NCBI GenBank assembly: GCA_023428025.1
Contig: JAEYZN010000021.1
Span: 108,085-172,084 of the forward strand
Direction of reading: 5' to 3'
From: Bacillota bacterium
Lineage (GTDB): Bacteria; Bacillota; Clostridia; Christensenellales; SZUA-584
DNA length: 64,000 bases
A program made the position numbers and the translations under genes. The notes under the pieces were generated by a model that was given only the letters and a program-made list of their open reading frames with translations, searched no databases and was not told the origin of the DNA. Numbering within the stretch: position 1 is the stretch's first letter; each line of letters opens with the position of its first letter. Below, in pieces: positions 46,829 to 56,354 of this stretch.

Positions 46829-49800
46829 CTATGGCTGCCAACAAGCTAATATTCTGTGGATGCCTTCTGTCTTGTCCAGCGGCAGGCTTTTGGCCCGTTC
46901 TCCGCCTTCCATACTGAGCCACGCGTCCCCTTCATAACCGGGCGTCAGGTCCACGGCGATGATATATTGCGCGCCGCCGCGCTGATATTCAATGGTGTAC
47001 GGCGCGAAATCGTCCGGTACGCAGGGGCTTACGGACAGCGCCCCGCGTTCAATGCGCATCCCCAGCAGATGGACGATTGCGGCCTGATACATCCAGCCCG
47101 CCGTGCCTGTATACCACGTCCAGCCGGCCCGCCCTTTATGCTCGTCCGTGTAATACACATCCGCCGCCATCACGTACGGCTCGCCTTTATATTTCTCCAC
47201 ACCGGCGGGCGTACGCGTGTGGTTGATGGGGTTCATCATCTGGAACAGCGTCAGCGCGTCCCCTTTGAGGCCCAGCTTTGTTGTGGCGATCACGAACCAT
47301 GCCGCCGCATGGCTATACTGGCCGCCGTTTTCGCGCACGCCGGGAATGTAGTTCTTGATGTAGCCGGGGTCCTTGTCCCACTTGTCGAACGGGGGCGCCA
47401 GCAGGCGTATCACACCCTCCTCGCGCATCACCAGCTCGTCCGCGGCGGCCTCGTACGCGCGCCGTGCCTGCTCCGCGCCGGAGATGACCGCCCATGCCTG
47501 AGACACCAGGTCGATGCGGCATTCGGGCGACGTGCGGCTGCCCAGCAGCGTCCCGTCATCGAAGAACGCGCGCGCGTACCACTCGCCGTCCCACGCGTTC
47601 TCCTCAATGCTCCGGCGGAGCACACTGCGCCGCGCTGAGTACTGCGCCGCCAAGGCCTGCTCGCCGCGCCTGTTGCAAAGCTCAATGAACACGCGCAATA
47701 CTTCCACGAGGAAGAACGCCAGCCACACGCTTTCGCCTTTGCCGCCCGCGCCCACCTTGTCCATGCCGTCGTTCCAGTCGCCGGTGCCCATCAGAGGCAG
47801 GCCGTTCTCGCCAAGTGTCACGGAATCGATGGCGCGGACACAGTGCATGAACAGGCTTTCCCGCGTCTCGGCGCTTTTGAAGGATTCATACACGTCATGC
47901 CGCCCTTCGGGGATCGGCTTGCCCTCCAGATAGGCCGCTGTTTCATCAAATATGCTCATATCGCCCGTAATCCGCTCATACTCGCAGGCCACATACGGCA
48001 GGAACAGCTTGTCGTCGCTGATGCGCGTGCGCACGCCGCAGGCGGGCTCGTGCCACCAGTGCAGCACGTCGCCTTCTATAAACTGCCTCTCTGCGCACCT
48101 TAATATATGCGCTCTTGTCAGCGCCGGATTGGTGTAGGCAATGGCGAGCACGTCCTGCAGTTGGTCCCGAAAGCCGTAAGCCCCGCCCGACTGGTAATAG
48201 CCGGTGCGTCCCATCAGCCGGGACGTGTAGGTCTGGTACAGCAGCCAACCGTTCACCAGCGTGTCGAAGGATTTTGCCGATGTGGATATCCTCACGCCGC
48301 CCACCAGCCGCTGCCAATGCGCCTGGACATTCTGTAGCAGGCCTGCCGCCATATCCGCGCCGCCGACGGCTTCCATCATTGAACCGATCGACGGAGCATC
48401 ACCATAGCCCATCAGGAGGGCGACCGTCCGCTGCTCGCCGGGCTTTAGGCGCACACGGGTCTGAAGCGCCAGCAGCGTGGAGCCGCATCCGGTATTGTCA
48501 GACAGCTCGGCGGTTTTCAGCGCCTCGGGCCATATGTTGTAGCCCGGAATGCCGAAGAATTCATGCGCGGAAGCTGTGAAACGGACGTCTTCTCGCGGCA
48601 TTGCAATAAACATCGCCTTACCCGCTTCCCCGAAAGACGATGTCGCCTGCAGGCAGCCTTCGGCAAACCGTGTCCGGATGCCGCTCGCCACCGTAGCAGC
48701 CAGCACAGGCTCGGCGTAATAGTATACGGAAAAGTCTTCTTCCCTGTCCGCGTTGCTGGCCAGCTTGAGCAGGCTTATCTTCAGCGGCCGCTGCGGATCG
48801 ACGAAGCATGTGAGCTGCGTTTCCAGTCCTCCGAACCGCTCGAACGTCGTATATCCGAATCCATGGATCACGCGGTAACGCCCTTGTGCGTACTGATCCG
48901 GCGCGGCGCTGAACGCGGCGCCCGTCCGGTCGCAGCGGATCAGCACGCCCTCACCCGGCACGTCTGTCAGCGCGTCGTTACGGAAGGGCGTCAGCCGTGT
49001 CATACGCGCGTTGTCCGCCCACGTATACCCGCCGCCGCCCACGCTCACCAGGCTGCCCAGCTTTTCTCCCACCAGCAGGTTGCTCCAGGGAAGCGGCGGA
49101 CGGTTGCCCACATCGATACAGTATTCTGTGCCTTTGTTCAGATAACCGCCCAGCCCGTTGTCAAACGCCTTGAGCTGTTTGGGTACATGTGCGCGCTCCA
49201 CAACGGCGCCGGGCTCAAACACCGTATAAGCCCGTGATACAGTAGGCGCTTTAAGCTGGGATTCCAGCGAAGCCGATCCGTCCAGTACCAGGCAGGCCGC
49301 CGCCATCAGTGTCGCGACATCGTTTTCACTCAACGATGCGCGGGATATCGCGGTGACGCGGTTATAGGGGCGTCCCGAGGCCGCTTGTGCCAGCTCCGTC
49401 AACTTGTCTCTCAAGGGGCATGTGTATGCCTCACCTCCGTCGTAAATGATCACGAGGTCTGCAGGCAGGCCCTTCAGGCTTAAAAACTCCTGCGCTTTTG
49501 CGATGATCTTTACGCCCGTGAGGCTCTCATCATTATGCGCGTGCATGTATATGATGGGCAGGTCGCCGGACAGACCGAATTTCCACAGCGTGTCGCGCCC
49601 CGCGGGTTCCCCGGCTGCGCCGCAGACGGACGGTATGCGGATGACGGTACGGGATGCGATGCGCTGGAACAGATTGGCCTGCGCGCCCTCCAGCTTGAGG
49701 TAGCGCATCTCCACCTGTGCGTGCGTCCATGCCAAGTGAAACACGCGGCGCACATCCTCCGCGCCGGACACGCCGGACAGACAGCCCACGACCGCATCCA

Positions 49801-52800
49801 TGCTGTCCCCCGCGGCCACAAGGAAGGAGACTTCCGCGCTCTGTCCTTTCTCCATCGACACCCCGCAGCGGATTCCCGCGGCGCGCGCCACATCCCGCTC
49901 CGACTCGGGCGAAGCCAGGCAGGCGGGCGGCCCGAACACGTTGCGCCTGCCAAAGATGTAGGCGCGGTCCGTCATCAGCTCCACAGGCCCGTCGGTCAGC
50001 GCTTTAAGCGCGCAGCACATGCTCCTGCCCCTGCGTGCGGCCGTCACCATCGCCTTGTCCGGATGCGCGTGCGTTTCCACAAAAAGCTCAGCAAAAGCGG
50101 GATGTGCCTCAAAGTCGCGCTCGGTGCACAGTGCGGGCGAAAACGCGCAGGACACGGCCAGCCTTGCGGTCTTTTCCCCATTGTTCCTTATGACGATGTT
50201 CCTGATCTCCATGTTGCATTCGGGAGATACGCAGACCTCAAGCGTCGTCTCGATACCAGCCACCTCACGGATGAAGGTCGCCTTGTGCGGCTCGAACTGC
50301 ACCTTTTCACTGTCAGCCAGCAGGCAGGTCGGCAAAAACGTGGCCGACCAGACCGCGCCAGTGTCCGTGTTCTTGATATAGATATGGATGCCGGGCGCAC
50401 GGCGCAGCACGTCGCTCTCCCACCGGCTGATCATATTTCCGTGGAATGCCGAATAACCCGTGCCATACTGCGTCAGCATCACGCTGTAGCTGTTGTTGGA
50501 CAGAAAATGCGCCTCGGGATACTGCGTCAGCGACGTGTAGGAACGCGCCGCGCGTATCTCCTCCACAAACGCCTGCCTTTCGGGCGGCTTTTCGGCGAAG
50601 TCCATCGTCACGCTGCGTGGCGGCACCTTCTCCTTGAGCAACAGTTCGGTGGCCTTCACGCAAGTGGCATTGTGGAACAACTCCTGTAGCTTTCCACCCG
50701 TCAGCGTGTTGAGAATCGATGCTAGGACCATGCCCTGGTGATGCGCCATGTAGCTTCTGACGATACGCTTCTTCTTGCCGTTATGGAGCCGCATCTGCGT
50801 ATAGTCTATCGCTTCGAAAAAGCCGTAGCGCCCATACGCCCCCATCTTCTCCAGCCGCAGCAGGTTGGTGATGGCGGCCCGCGGCTTGATCTGAAGCGCA
50901 AGGCAGGTGGCGTATGGAGAGATCACCGTCTCGCGGACCAGGCCGGATTTCATGCCAAGCCCCGGTACACCGAACGCTTTATACTGATAGTTCATCTGCA
51001 GGTCGAACGCGTAATATCCGGATTCGGATATGCCCCACGGCATGCGCCGCTGTTCGGCATACGCGCATTGCATGTCCACCACTGAACGGTATGTTTCGCC
51101 CAGCAGCGTGTAATCGTAGCTCTTCATGATGAGCAGCGGCATCAGATATTCAAACATCGTGCCGCCCCAGGACAGCAGCACGCGGCTTTCTCCGGCGACG
51201 GCCAACGGCCTGCCCAAACGGAACCAGTGCTTTTCAGGCACGTCCCCTTTGGCGATCGCGATAAAGCTGGTTTGGCGTGCTTCGGAAGCGAGCAGGTCGT
51301 AGTGCGTATTGCTGAGTTCCTGCTGCCGGATGGAATATCCGATGGAGAACAGCCCTGTGTCCGCGTCGTACAGTTCGCCAAAATCCATCGACTCCAGCAT
51401 TTCGGCCGTGCGCCGCTGCAGCCGTGCGGCACGGAGGCTGAGGCGGCGGCAGGCCACATAACTCTCGCCCAGCGTCGTTTCCATACGCTGCACCCAGCCC
51501 AGTACCTCTTTATCGCTGCGCACCGATGCCTTCTCCATGATGGCGGACAGCAGCTCGAGCAGCCCGTGAAAGGCGTCCACATATTCCGTTACGCTGATAT
51601 GCCGCAGCCTTTCCCTCAGTGTTTTGGTTTCATCGGCATACAGCGCCAGCTGGCCGGACGGAAAAGCGGACAATACCCGCGCCCATGCAGCATGCCGTTC
51701 GAAAAATGCCTTTGCCTGTTCCGCACAGGCCATGAGCGGGCTGCCCGCCGTGTGCTCGATCAAGTCAAGCGAACTCAGCGCGTTGAATACATCGTCATTG
51801 ATGACGAATGATGTTTCATGCTGCGCTTCTCTGGATATGATGGCCAGGCCCTGCGCCAGCCGCGCGGCCAGCGGGCTCTTCAGCATGCCGTTCAACGCTT
51901 CGTTCATCACGATGAGGTAGCACGCCAGGTTGCCGCTGTCCACGGACGAAACATACCTTGGCTCCAACGGCGCGAGATTGGTGATGTCGTACCAGTTATA
52001 GAGATGGCCTTTCCATTTCTCCGCTTTCTCGATGCCTTCCATGCACCGGCTCAGCCGCTTGACCGCTGTCGCGCAGGTGATAAAGCCCAGCTCAAAGGCG
52101 CAAACGGTGGCCGCCATCGAGTAGGCGACGTTGGTGGGTGATGTGCGTTTGGCGATCCCTTTATTCGGGCTTTGCTGATAGTTGTCCGGCGTCCAGTAGT
52201 ATTCCGTCTCTTCGGAGAAGTGTTCGAAAAACCGCCAGGTTCTCAGCGCGATATCCTCGAGATACCGCCTTTCTCCCGGCTCCAGTTCGTGATGCTTCGT
52301 CCTTTTTGGCCGGCTGATGGCATGGGCGATGGCGGGCGCGAAGAACCACACGGCGAATACGCCAAAAGCGATGGTGGAAAACGTGTGCGTGGTCAACACG
52401 GACAGCACATAGAGCGCCACCGCCAGCAGTGGCGCCGCGGCCATCTTCTTCCAGTGATAGACGATACCGTCCCGGGCGCTCTTCTCCCCTTCCGCCGCTG
52501 TCACCCATTGGAGCAGGCGCTTGTGCGTGAAACAGACGCGCACCACGGTACGCACAAACGCGTCCAGCATCCGGTATGTCTCGTAGGGCAGAAAAGCGAA
52601 CCGGTAAAAGGACAGCTCAAACAGCGTCCTCGTTTCATACCAGATGTCCTTGATCGTTGTCCCCTTGCCCGTATTGCGTATGAGTGTCAGCATGCGCGAT
52701 ACAAAATCCAGCACCGCGTCGATGAACAGCGGCAGAATGCCCGAGACAAACCAGAAAAACGCGGAGCTGTAAAACGCCGTTTGAGACAGCAGGATCACGA

Positions 52801-55156
52801 TAAAGGACAGTGGCACCGTCAGGCTGCGGCGCATGTTATCGATGATCTGATATCTGGCCAGACCGGGCAACGGGTTTTTGATACGACGTCCGTCCTTTGT
52901 GTGTACATGGCGGCCCAGCCACGGCAGCAGCTGCCAGTCGCCGCGCGTCCAGCGGTGCTGGCGTTCCTCCCACGAGATATATCTGGCGGGGCAGCCGTCC
53001 ATCAGCACCACATCGCTGAGCAGCGCGCACCGCAGATAGCTGCCTTCCAGCAGGTCGTGGCTCAAAACGCGGTTATCGGGGAAAGCGTCACTCAGCACCT
53101 GCATGTACACCGACAGGTTGAAGATGCCCTTGCCGGTGAAGATACCCGTCCCGAAATTATCCTGATACACGTCCGACGCGGCGCTGGCATACGTATCCAG
53201 CCCGCCCTTGCCCGAGAACACCAGCGACAGCCGGGACTTGGCGGAGCTGACGACATCCACACCGATGCGCGGCTGCATGATGCCAAAGCCACGGGTCACC
53301 GTGTTTGTCTTCTCATCCACCGCCGGCCGGTGCAGCGGATGCTCCATCGCGCCCACCATCCTGATGACCGCATCTCGCGAGAGCGCGGTGTCCGCGTCCA
53401 GCGTGATCACGTATTTGAGATTCTCCGGCAGGCCGCGGGTCACATGCACAAACCCGTCCGAGCTGCCCTGCAGCAGTGAGCAGAAGTCCATCAAGGCCCC
53501 ACGCTTGCGTTCATAGCCGCCGTATCGCCCGTTTTCGGCGATCCGGGTGCGTTTGCGCTGCGCATAAAAAAATATCGCCCGCCCGTACTTCTGATTGAGG
53601 CCGGCTATCAACTGCTGAACGCGCTGGATGATGCCCTCGTCATATGCCGCGATCTCGTTCTTATCCTCCTTGAAGTCGGATAGCAATGTGAAGTAAAGAA
53701 ACGGCTGCTGGTTGGCTGCCCAGTATACCTCCATCTTCTCGATCAGTTCCGCGCCGTCCTCCTCGCTGGTCAGCAGCGCGGGTATCACCACCATCGTAGC
53801 CGTATCCTCCCCCAGCCCGTCTTTCAGCGCCATTTTGGGTATGAACGCCGGTTTTTGGAACAGCGTCATCAAACGGTTGCTGATGGTGATGGCGACGGTA
53901 TATACCGGGATCAGGCTGATGAGGAAGCCCAGTATGCCGTAAACGGGCGGGTGCATCAGAAACAGCGGGATGCACAGCAGCCCGGCGCTGATGATGGTGG
54001 ACACGATCGCGCCGCCCACATAGAGCAGCATCATGTGACGCCGCATAAACGTGGCGCAGTGCGCTTTGCCCGGAACCCGGCCCAGCGCCCGCATCAATTC
54101 ATTTCGTCTGTCTCCCACGATATACGCGCCCACGTGGATACCGTTCCGGGCCGCAAGATCCACCGCTGCGCGGGCCACAGCCGGCTCGGACGCCTGGATC
54201 CAAAGGGCGATGCTGGTGATGCCTCTGCGGTAGTACTCACGCGAGTCATAGTCCATGCCTGCGTAGTCCTTGTCTGCGCTGAGGTAACGGTGCACCAGCG
54301 ACACATTCTCAAATATCGGCTCAAAGTTGACCTTGGCGAGCACGCGCAGCGACGCGATGGCGTTGGAGATGTGCAGGATGCTCTTGGCTTGCACGGCGTG
54401 GGCCTGCCTCACCAGCCGTTCCACCGTCAGATCCCTCACCGAGAGGCGCATGTTGATCCGGTCCGTTATGGCGGCGGCATTCGGGCTTTCGCGCAGCAGC
54501 ACCATCACGCGCTCCATAAACACGGCGTTTGTCAGATAGCTCTTGTATTCGGCCAGCAAAGCATCCACCCCAGATACGTCCTTTGAAGCTCGTTCGCAGA
54601 AGCGATCCGCCTGCTGCCACAGCTTCAATATGGCCACGTTCTGGCGCGCCAGCGTCGACACGGCGCGCAGCAGCGCGATTTTCAGCATATCCACAAACGC
54701 CCACAGCTCGCCCGAATCCAGGCCGGTGTCCTGCTGGAAAGCCTCAAGAAATTCCTGTATGTGCTCAGGCGATATACGGTAAGCGCTGTGCCGAAGCAGC
54801 ACCGTTGCCAGCATCAGGCATCGTGGGTATTGAGCATAGCGTCCACTCAGCATATGCGGCAGCCGGTATGAATGACGGTCCAGTTCGATCTGCCGGAGCT
54901 GTTCGATGAACAAAAAACGGTTGTCGTAGAACCATTCGGCCAGCGGCGGCAGTTCACCGCCCGCGTGCTTGCGTTCACGCGCGGCCAAAAAAGCAGCCTC
55001 GATGCGGCGGCGTTCCTCCCCCAGCCCAAAGTGACGGCTGTCCGCTTTTCTGACAGCGACCTTGCTCGCAAGCGAAAGCTCCCGGGCGTATTCCAACAGC
55101 TCCTGCCATGAAAGCGTAAGATCGTCCGATACGGTGATGCCGTTTTTTCTCTGCAT
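46829..55156 (-). CDS. cyclic beta-1,2-glucan synthase-like giant protein (GT84-like glycosyltransferase + GH94-like phosphorylase modules)
   Basis: Uninterrupted 2775-aa ORF with GGAGGAG before the ATG.
- TM helices lie around aa 375-430 and 760-950.
- The glycosyltransferase region spans aa ~453-745, with ITLDADT and QHRWTRGDW motifs.
- The C-terminal ~1000 aa resemble cellobiose/chitobiose-phosphorylase, with GAYGFRDQLQD (48152-48169) and GTGDWNDGMD. Confidence 0.85.
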   Translation of the reverse strand: MQRKNGITVSDDLTLSWQELLEYARELSLASKVAVRKADSRHFGLGEERRRIEAAFLAARERKHAGGELPPLAEWFYDNRFLFIEQLRQIELDRHSYRLPHMLSGRYAQYPRCLMLATVLLRHSAYRISPEHIQEFLEAFQQDTGLDSGELWAFVDMLKIALLRAVSTLARQNVAILKLWQQADRFCERASKDVSGVDALLAEYKSYLTNAVFMERVMVLLRESPNAAAITDRINMRLSVRDLTVERLVRQAHAVQAKSILHISNAIASLRVLAKVNFEPIFENVSLVHRYLSADKDYAGMDYDSREYYRRGITSIALWIQASEPAVARAAVDLAARNGIHVGAYIVGDRRNELMRALGRVPGKAHCATFMRRHMMLLYVGGAIVSTIISAGLLCIPLFLMHPPVYGILGFLISLIPVYTVAITISNRLMTLFQKPAFIPKMALKDGLGEDTATMVVIPALLTSEEDGAELIEKMEVYWAANQQPFLYFTLLSDFKEDKNEIAAYDEGIIQRVQQLIAGLNQKYGRAIFFYAQRKRTRIAENGRYGGYERKRGALMDFCSLLQGSSDGFVHVTRGLPENLKYVITLDADTALSRDAVIRMVGAMEHPLHRPAVDEKTNTVTRGFGIMQPRIGVDVVSSAKSRLSLVFSGKGGLDTYASAASDVYQDNFGTGIFTGKGIFNLSVYMQVLSDAFPDNRVLSHDLLEGSYLRCALLSDVVLMDGCPARYISWEERQHRWTRGDWQLLPWLGRHVHTKDGRRIKNPLPGLARYQIIDNMRRSLTVPLSFIVILLSQTAFYSSAFFWFVSGILPLFIDAVLDFVSRMLTLIRNTGKGTTIKDIWYETRTLFELSFYRFAFLPYETYRMLDAFVRTVVRVCFTHKRLLQWVTAAEGEKSARDGIVYHWKKMAAAPLLAVALYVLSVLTTHTFSTIAFGVFAVWFFAPAIAHAISRPKRTKHHELEPGERRYLEDIALRTWRFFEHFSEETEYYWTPDNYQQSPNKGIAKRTSPTNVAYSMAATVCAFELGFITCATAVKRLSRCMEGIEKAEKWKGHLYNWYDITNLAPLEPRYVSSVDSGNLACYLIVMNEALNGMLKSPLAARLAQGLAIISREAQHETSFVINDDVFNALSSLDLIEHTAGSPLMACAEQAKAFFERHAAWARVLSAFPSGQLALYADETKTLRERLRHISVTEYVDAFHGLLELLSAIMEKASVRSDKEVLGWVQRMETTLGESYVACRRLSLRAARLQRRTAEMLESMDFGELYDADTGLFSIGYSIRQQELSNTHYDLLASEARQTSFIAIAKGDVPEKHWFRLGRPLAVAGESRVLLSWGGTMFEYLMPLLIMKSYDYTLLGETYRSVVDMQCAYAEQRRMPWGISESGYYAFDLQMNYQYKAFGVPGLGMKSGLVRETVISPYATCLALQIKPRAAITNLLRLEKMGAYGRYGFFEAIDYTQMRLHNGKKKRIVRSYMAHHQGMVLASILNTLTGGKLQELFHNATCVKATELLLKEKVPPRSVTMDFAEKPPERQAFVEEIRAARSYTSLTQYPEAHFLSNNSYSVMLTQYGTGYSAFHGNMISRWESDVLRRAPGIHIYIKNTDTGAVWSATFLPTCLLADSEKVQFEPHKATFIREVAGIETTLEVCVSPECNMEIRNIVIRNNGEKTARLAVSCAFSPALCTERDFEAHPAFAELFVETHAHPDKAMVTAARRGRSMCCALKALTDGPVELMTDRAYIFGRRNVFGPPACLASPESERDVARAAGIRCGVSMEKGQSAEVSFLVAAGDSMDAVVGCLSGVSGAEDVRRVFHLAWTHAQVEMRYLKLEGAQANLFQRIASRTVIRIPSVCGAAGEPAGRDTLWKFGLSGDLPIIYMHAHNDESLTGVKIIAKAQEFLSLKGLPADLVIIYDGGEAYTCPLRDKLTELAQAASGRPYNRVTAISRASLSENDVATLMAAACLVLDGSASLESQLKAPTVSRAYTVFEPGAVVERAHVPKQLKAFDNGLGGYLNKGTEYCIDVGNRPPLPWSNLLVGEKLGSLVSVGGGGYTWADNARMTRLTPFRNDALTDVPGEGVLIRCDRTGAAFSAAPDQYAQGRYRVIHGFGYTTFERFGGLETQLTCFVDPQRPLKISLLKLASNADREEDFSVYYYAEPVLAATVASGIRTRFAEGCLQATSSFGEAGKAMFIAMPREDVRFTASAHEFFGIPGYNIWPEALKTAELSDNTGCGSTLLALQTRVRLKPGEQRTVALLMGYGDAPSIGSMMEAVGGADMAAGLLQNVQAHWQRLVGGVRISTSAKSFDTLVNGWLLYQTYTSRLMGRTGYYQSGGAYGFRDQLQDVLAIAYTNPALTRAHILRCAERQFIEGDVLHWWHEPACGVRTRISDDKLFLPYVACEYERITGDMSIFDETAAYLEGKPIPEGRHDVYESFKSAETRESLFMHCVRAIDSVTLGENGLPLMGTGDWNDGMDKVGAGGKGESVWLAFFLVEVLRVFIELCNRRGEQALAAQYSARRSVLRRSIEENAWDGEWYARAFFDDGTLLGSRTSPECRIDLVSQAWAVISGAEQARRAYEAAADELVMREEGVIRLLAPPFDKWDKDPGYIKNYIPGVRENGGQYSHAAAWFVIATTKLGLKGDALTLFQMMNPINHTRTPAGVEKYKGEPYVMAADVYYTDEHKGRAGWTWYTGTAGWMYQAAIVHLLGMRIERGALSVSPCVPDDFAPYTIEYQRGGAQYIIAVDLTPGYEGDAWLSMEGGERAKSLPLDKTEGIHRILACWQP

Positions 55157-55217
55157 AGCTCCTCCGTCGCAGATGAAGTGATAAACCTATTATTCGCCGC
55201 GGTCCGAATATCGATAC

Positions 55218-55251
55218 AAAAAAAGAAGCTCTTGAATGATTCAAAAGCTTC
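55218..55251 (-). terminator. intrinsic terminator immediately 3' of rnpB
   Basis: Minus-strand RNA: GAAGCTTTTGAA-TCA-TTCAAGAGCTTC, a 12-bp stem with one G-U pair, followed by TTTTTTT. Confidence 0.7.
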
Positions 55252-55268
55252 CTTATTGTAAAGGTTTT

Positions 55269-55600
55269 GAGACAAGCCTGTAAGCCGAGTTCTGTCTTAA
55301 ACGGCCATCTATCTACGCCTGCAGTTGCCAGCAGGCTCCAGCGATTACATGGGGCGCGGCGGGCAACCGCATCATGCCCACTATCAATCTTGCACCGGAC
55401 GGGGTTTACATAGCAGCCAAGTCGCCATGGCTCTGGTGAGCTCTTACCTCACCTTTCCACCCTTGCCCGGCATAAATGCCGGGCGGTATATCTCTGTTGC
55501 ACTATCCTTAGAGTCGCCTCCACCGGGGGTTACCCGGCGTCCTGCCCTGCGGAGCTCGGACTTTCCTCGTCAAAAAATGACGCGGCCGTTCGGCTTGCTC
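55269..55600 (-). ncRNA. rnpB: RNase P RNA, bacterial type A
   Basis: The minus strand carries the universal core GAGGAAAGTCCGAGCTCCGCAGGGCAGGA, GGGTAACCCCCGG, GTGCAACAGAGATATACCGCC, GGTAAGAGCTCACCAG and ACAGAACTCGGCTTACAG. P1 pairs GAGCAAGCC (5') with GGCTTGTCTC (3'). Confidence 0.92.
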
Positions 55601-55606
55601 AAAAAC

Positions 55607-55635
55607 ATTATATCAAATAAAGTATGCGGCCGCAA
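55607..55635 (-). promoter_or_regulatory. sigma-A promoter of rnpB embedded in the 3' end of the upstream CDS
   Basis: Minus strand: TTGCGG (55630-55635), a 17-nt spacer, then TATAAT (55607-55612). The predicted start is about 7 nt downstream, at the first base of the P1 helix (55600). Confidence 0.65.
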
Positions 55636-56339
55636 TTCTCGCATTCCACGATGGCGTCCGATTTTTTAAGTTTAGCAAGGTCACGCGAGGGCAGTTCCAT
55701 GTTGCAGCCCATGCATCGTCCGTCTTTGAGCATCGAAACCGGCATCGAGCGGTTCTGCTTGATGCGGTTATAACGCGCCAGCAAAGCGGGCTCCACCTTG
55801 GAAGCGGCCAGCTCCGCAGCTTTGCGCAGCTTGTCAAGTTCTTCGGCGCCTGCGCGCAGTTCTTCCTCGTGCTGCTTTTTCAGCTCTGCAAAATCCCTTT
55901 GCGCCTGGCTGACATGCGTCAATATCGTCTTAAGCCGCGCCGCTGTTTCCTCAGCCTTGGTCTGCACCGCCAGAGCGCGCCGCTTTTGCTTTACAATATT
56001 TTCATAAGTCATCTCGTATTCGTGGACCAAGTCCTTCACCACGTTATAGTCCATCTCTTCGAGACTCATCTCTTCGTACTGCCCGATATCCTTATGCTTT
56101 TTGTTCAAAAGCTCGATCATCCTGTCGTATTGCGTGTCGATCTCGGACAAATCGTTCTGCTCGACGAGCGCCCGATTCTCCATTTCCCGAAGCACAGCCT
56201 GCTGCTTTTTCAGATAATTCTGCAGTTTTATCAGCTGTTTCCTTGTGGGCGTGTTCTTCAGTTGTGTCTCATAAGCTTCCAGCTGCATATCCGCCTGCTG
56301 GTACTCATAAAGCAACGCCAGCTTATCCAAATAAAACAA
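55608..56339 (-). CDS. coiled-coil protein with C-terminal C4 zinc ribbon (COG1579-like)
   Basis: 243 aa, mostly heptad-rich. The C-terminus has CMGCNMEL...CENCGRILY. It follows nif3, an arrangement conserved in many bacteria. Confidence 0.75.
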   Translation of the reverse strand: MFYLDKLALLYEYQQADMQLEAYETQLKNTPTRKQLIKLQNYLKKQQAVLREMENRALVEQNDLSEIDTQYDRMIELLNKKHKDIGQYEEMSLEEMDYNVVKDLVHEYEMTYENIVKQKRRALAVQTKAEETAARLKTILTHVSQAQRDFAELKKQHEEELRAGAEELDKLRKAAELAASKVEPALLARYNRIKQNRSMPVSMLKDGRCMGCNMELPSRDLAKLKKSDAIVECENCGRILYLI

Positions 56340-56354
56340 TCCTCTCTAGCGCCA

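Noticed and set aside
49535-53479. 384-aa and 435-aa plus-strand ORFs (49535-50689 and 52172-53479), plus many 60-320-aa ORFs in both orientations, inside the giant glucan synthase gene.
   Set aside because: The 2775-aa minus-strand frame is uninterrupted and carries GT and GH94-like motifs along its length. The overlapping frames have no SDs or motifs and show compositional bias typical of off-frame translation.
55325-55669. 114-aa plus-strand ORF.
   Set aside because: It lies entirely antisense to the RNase P RNA gene, whose conserved core is unambiguous. It is not a protein gene.
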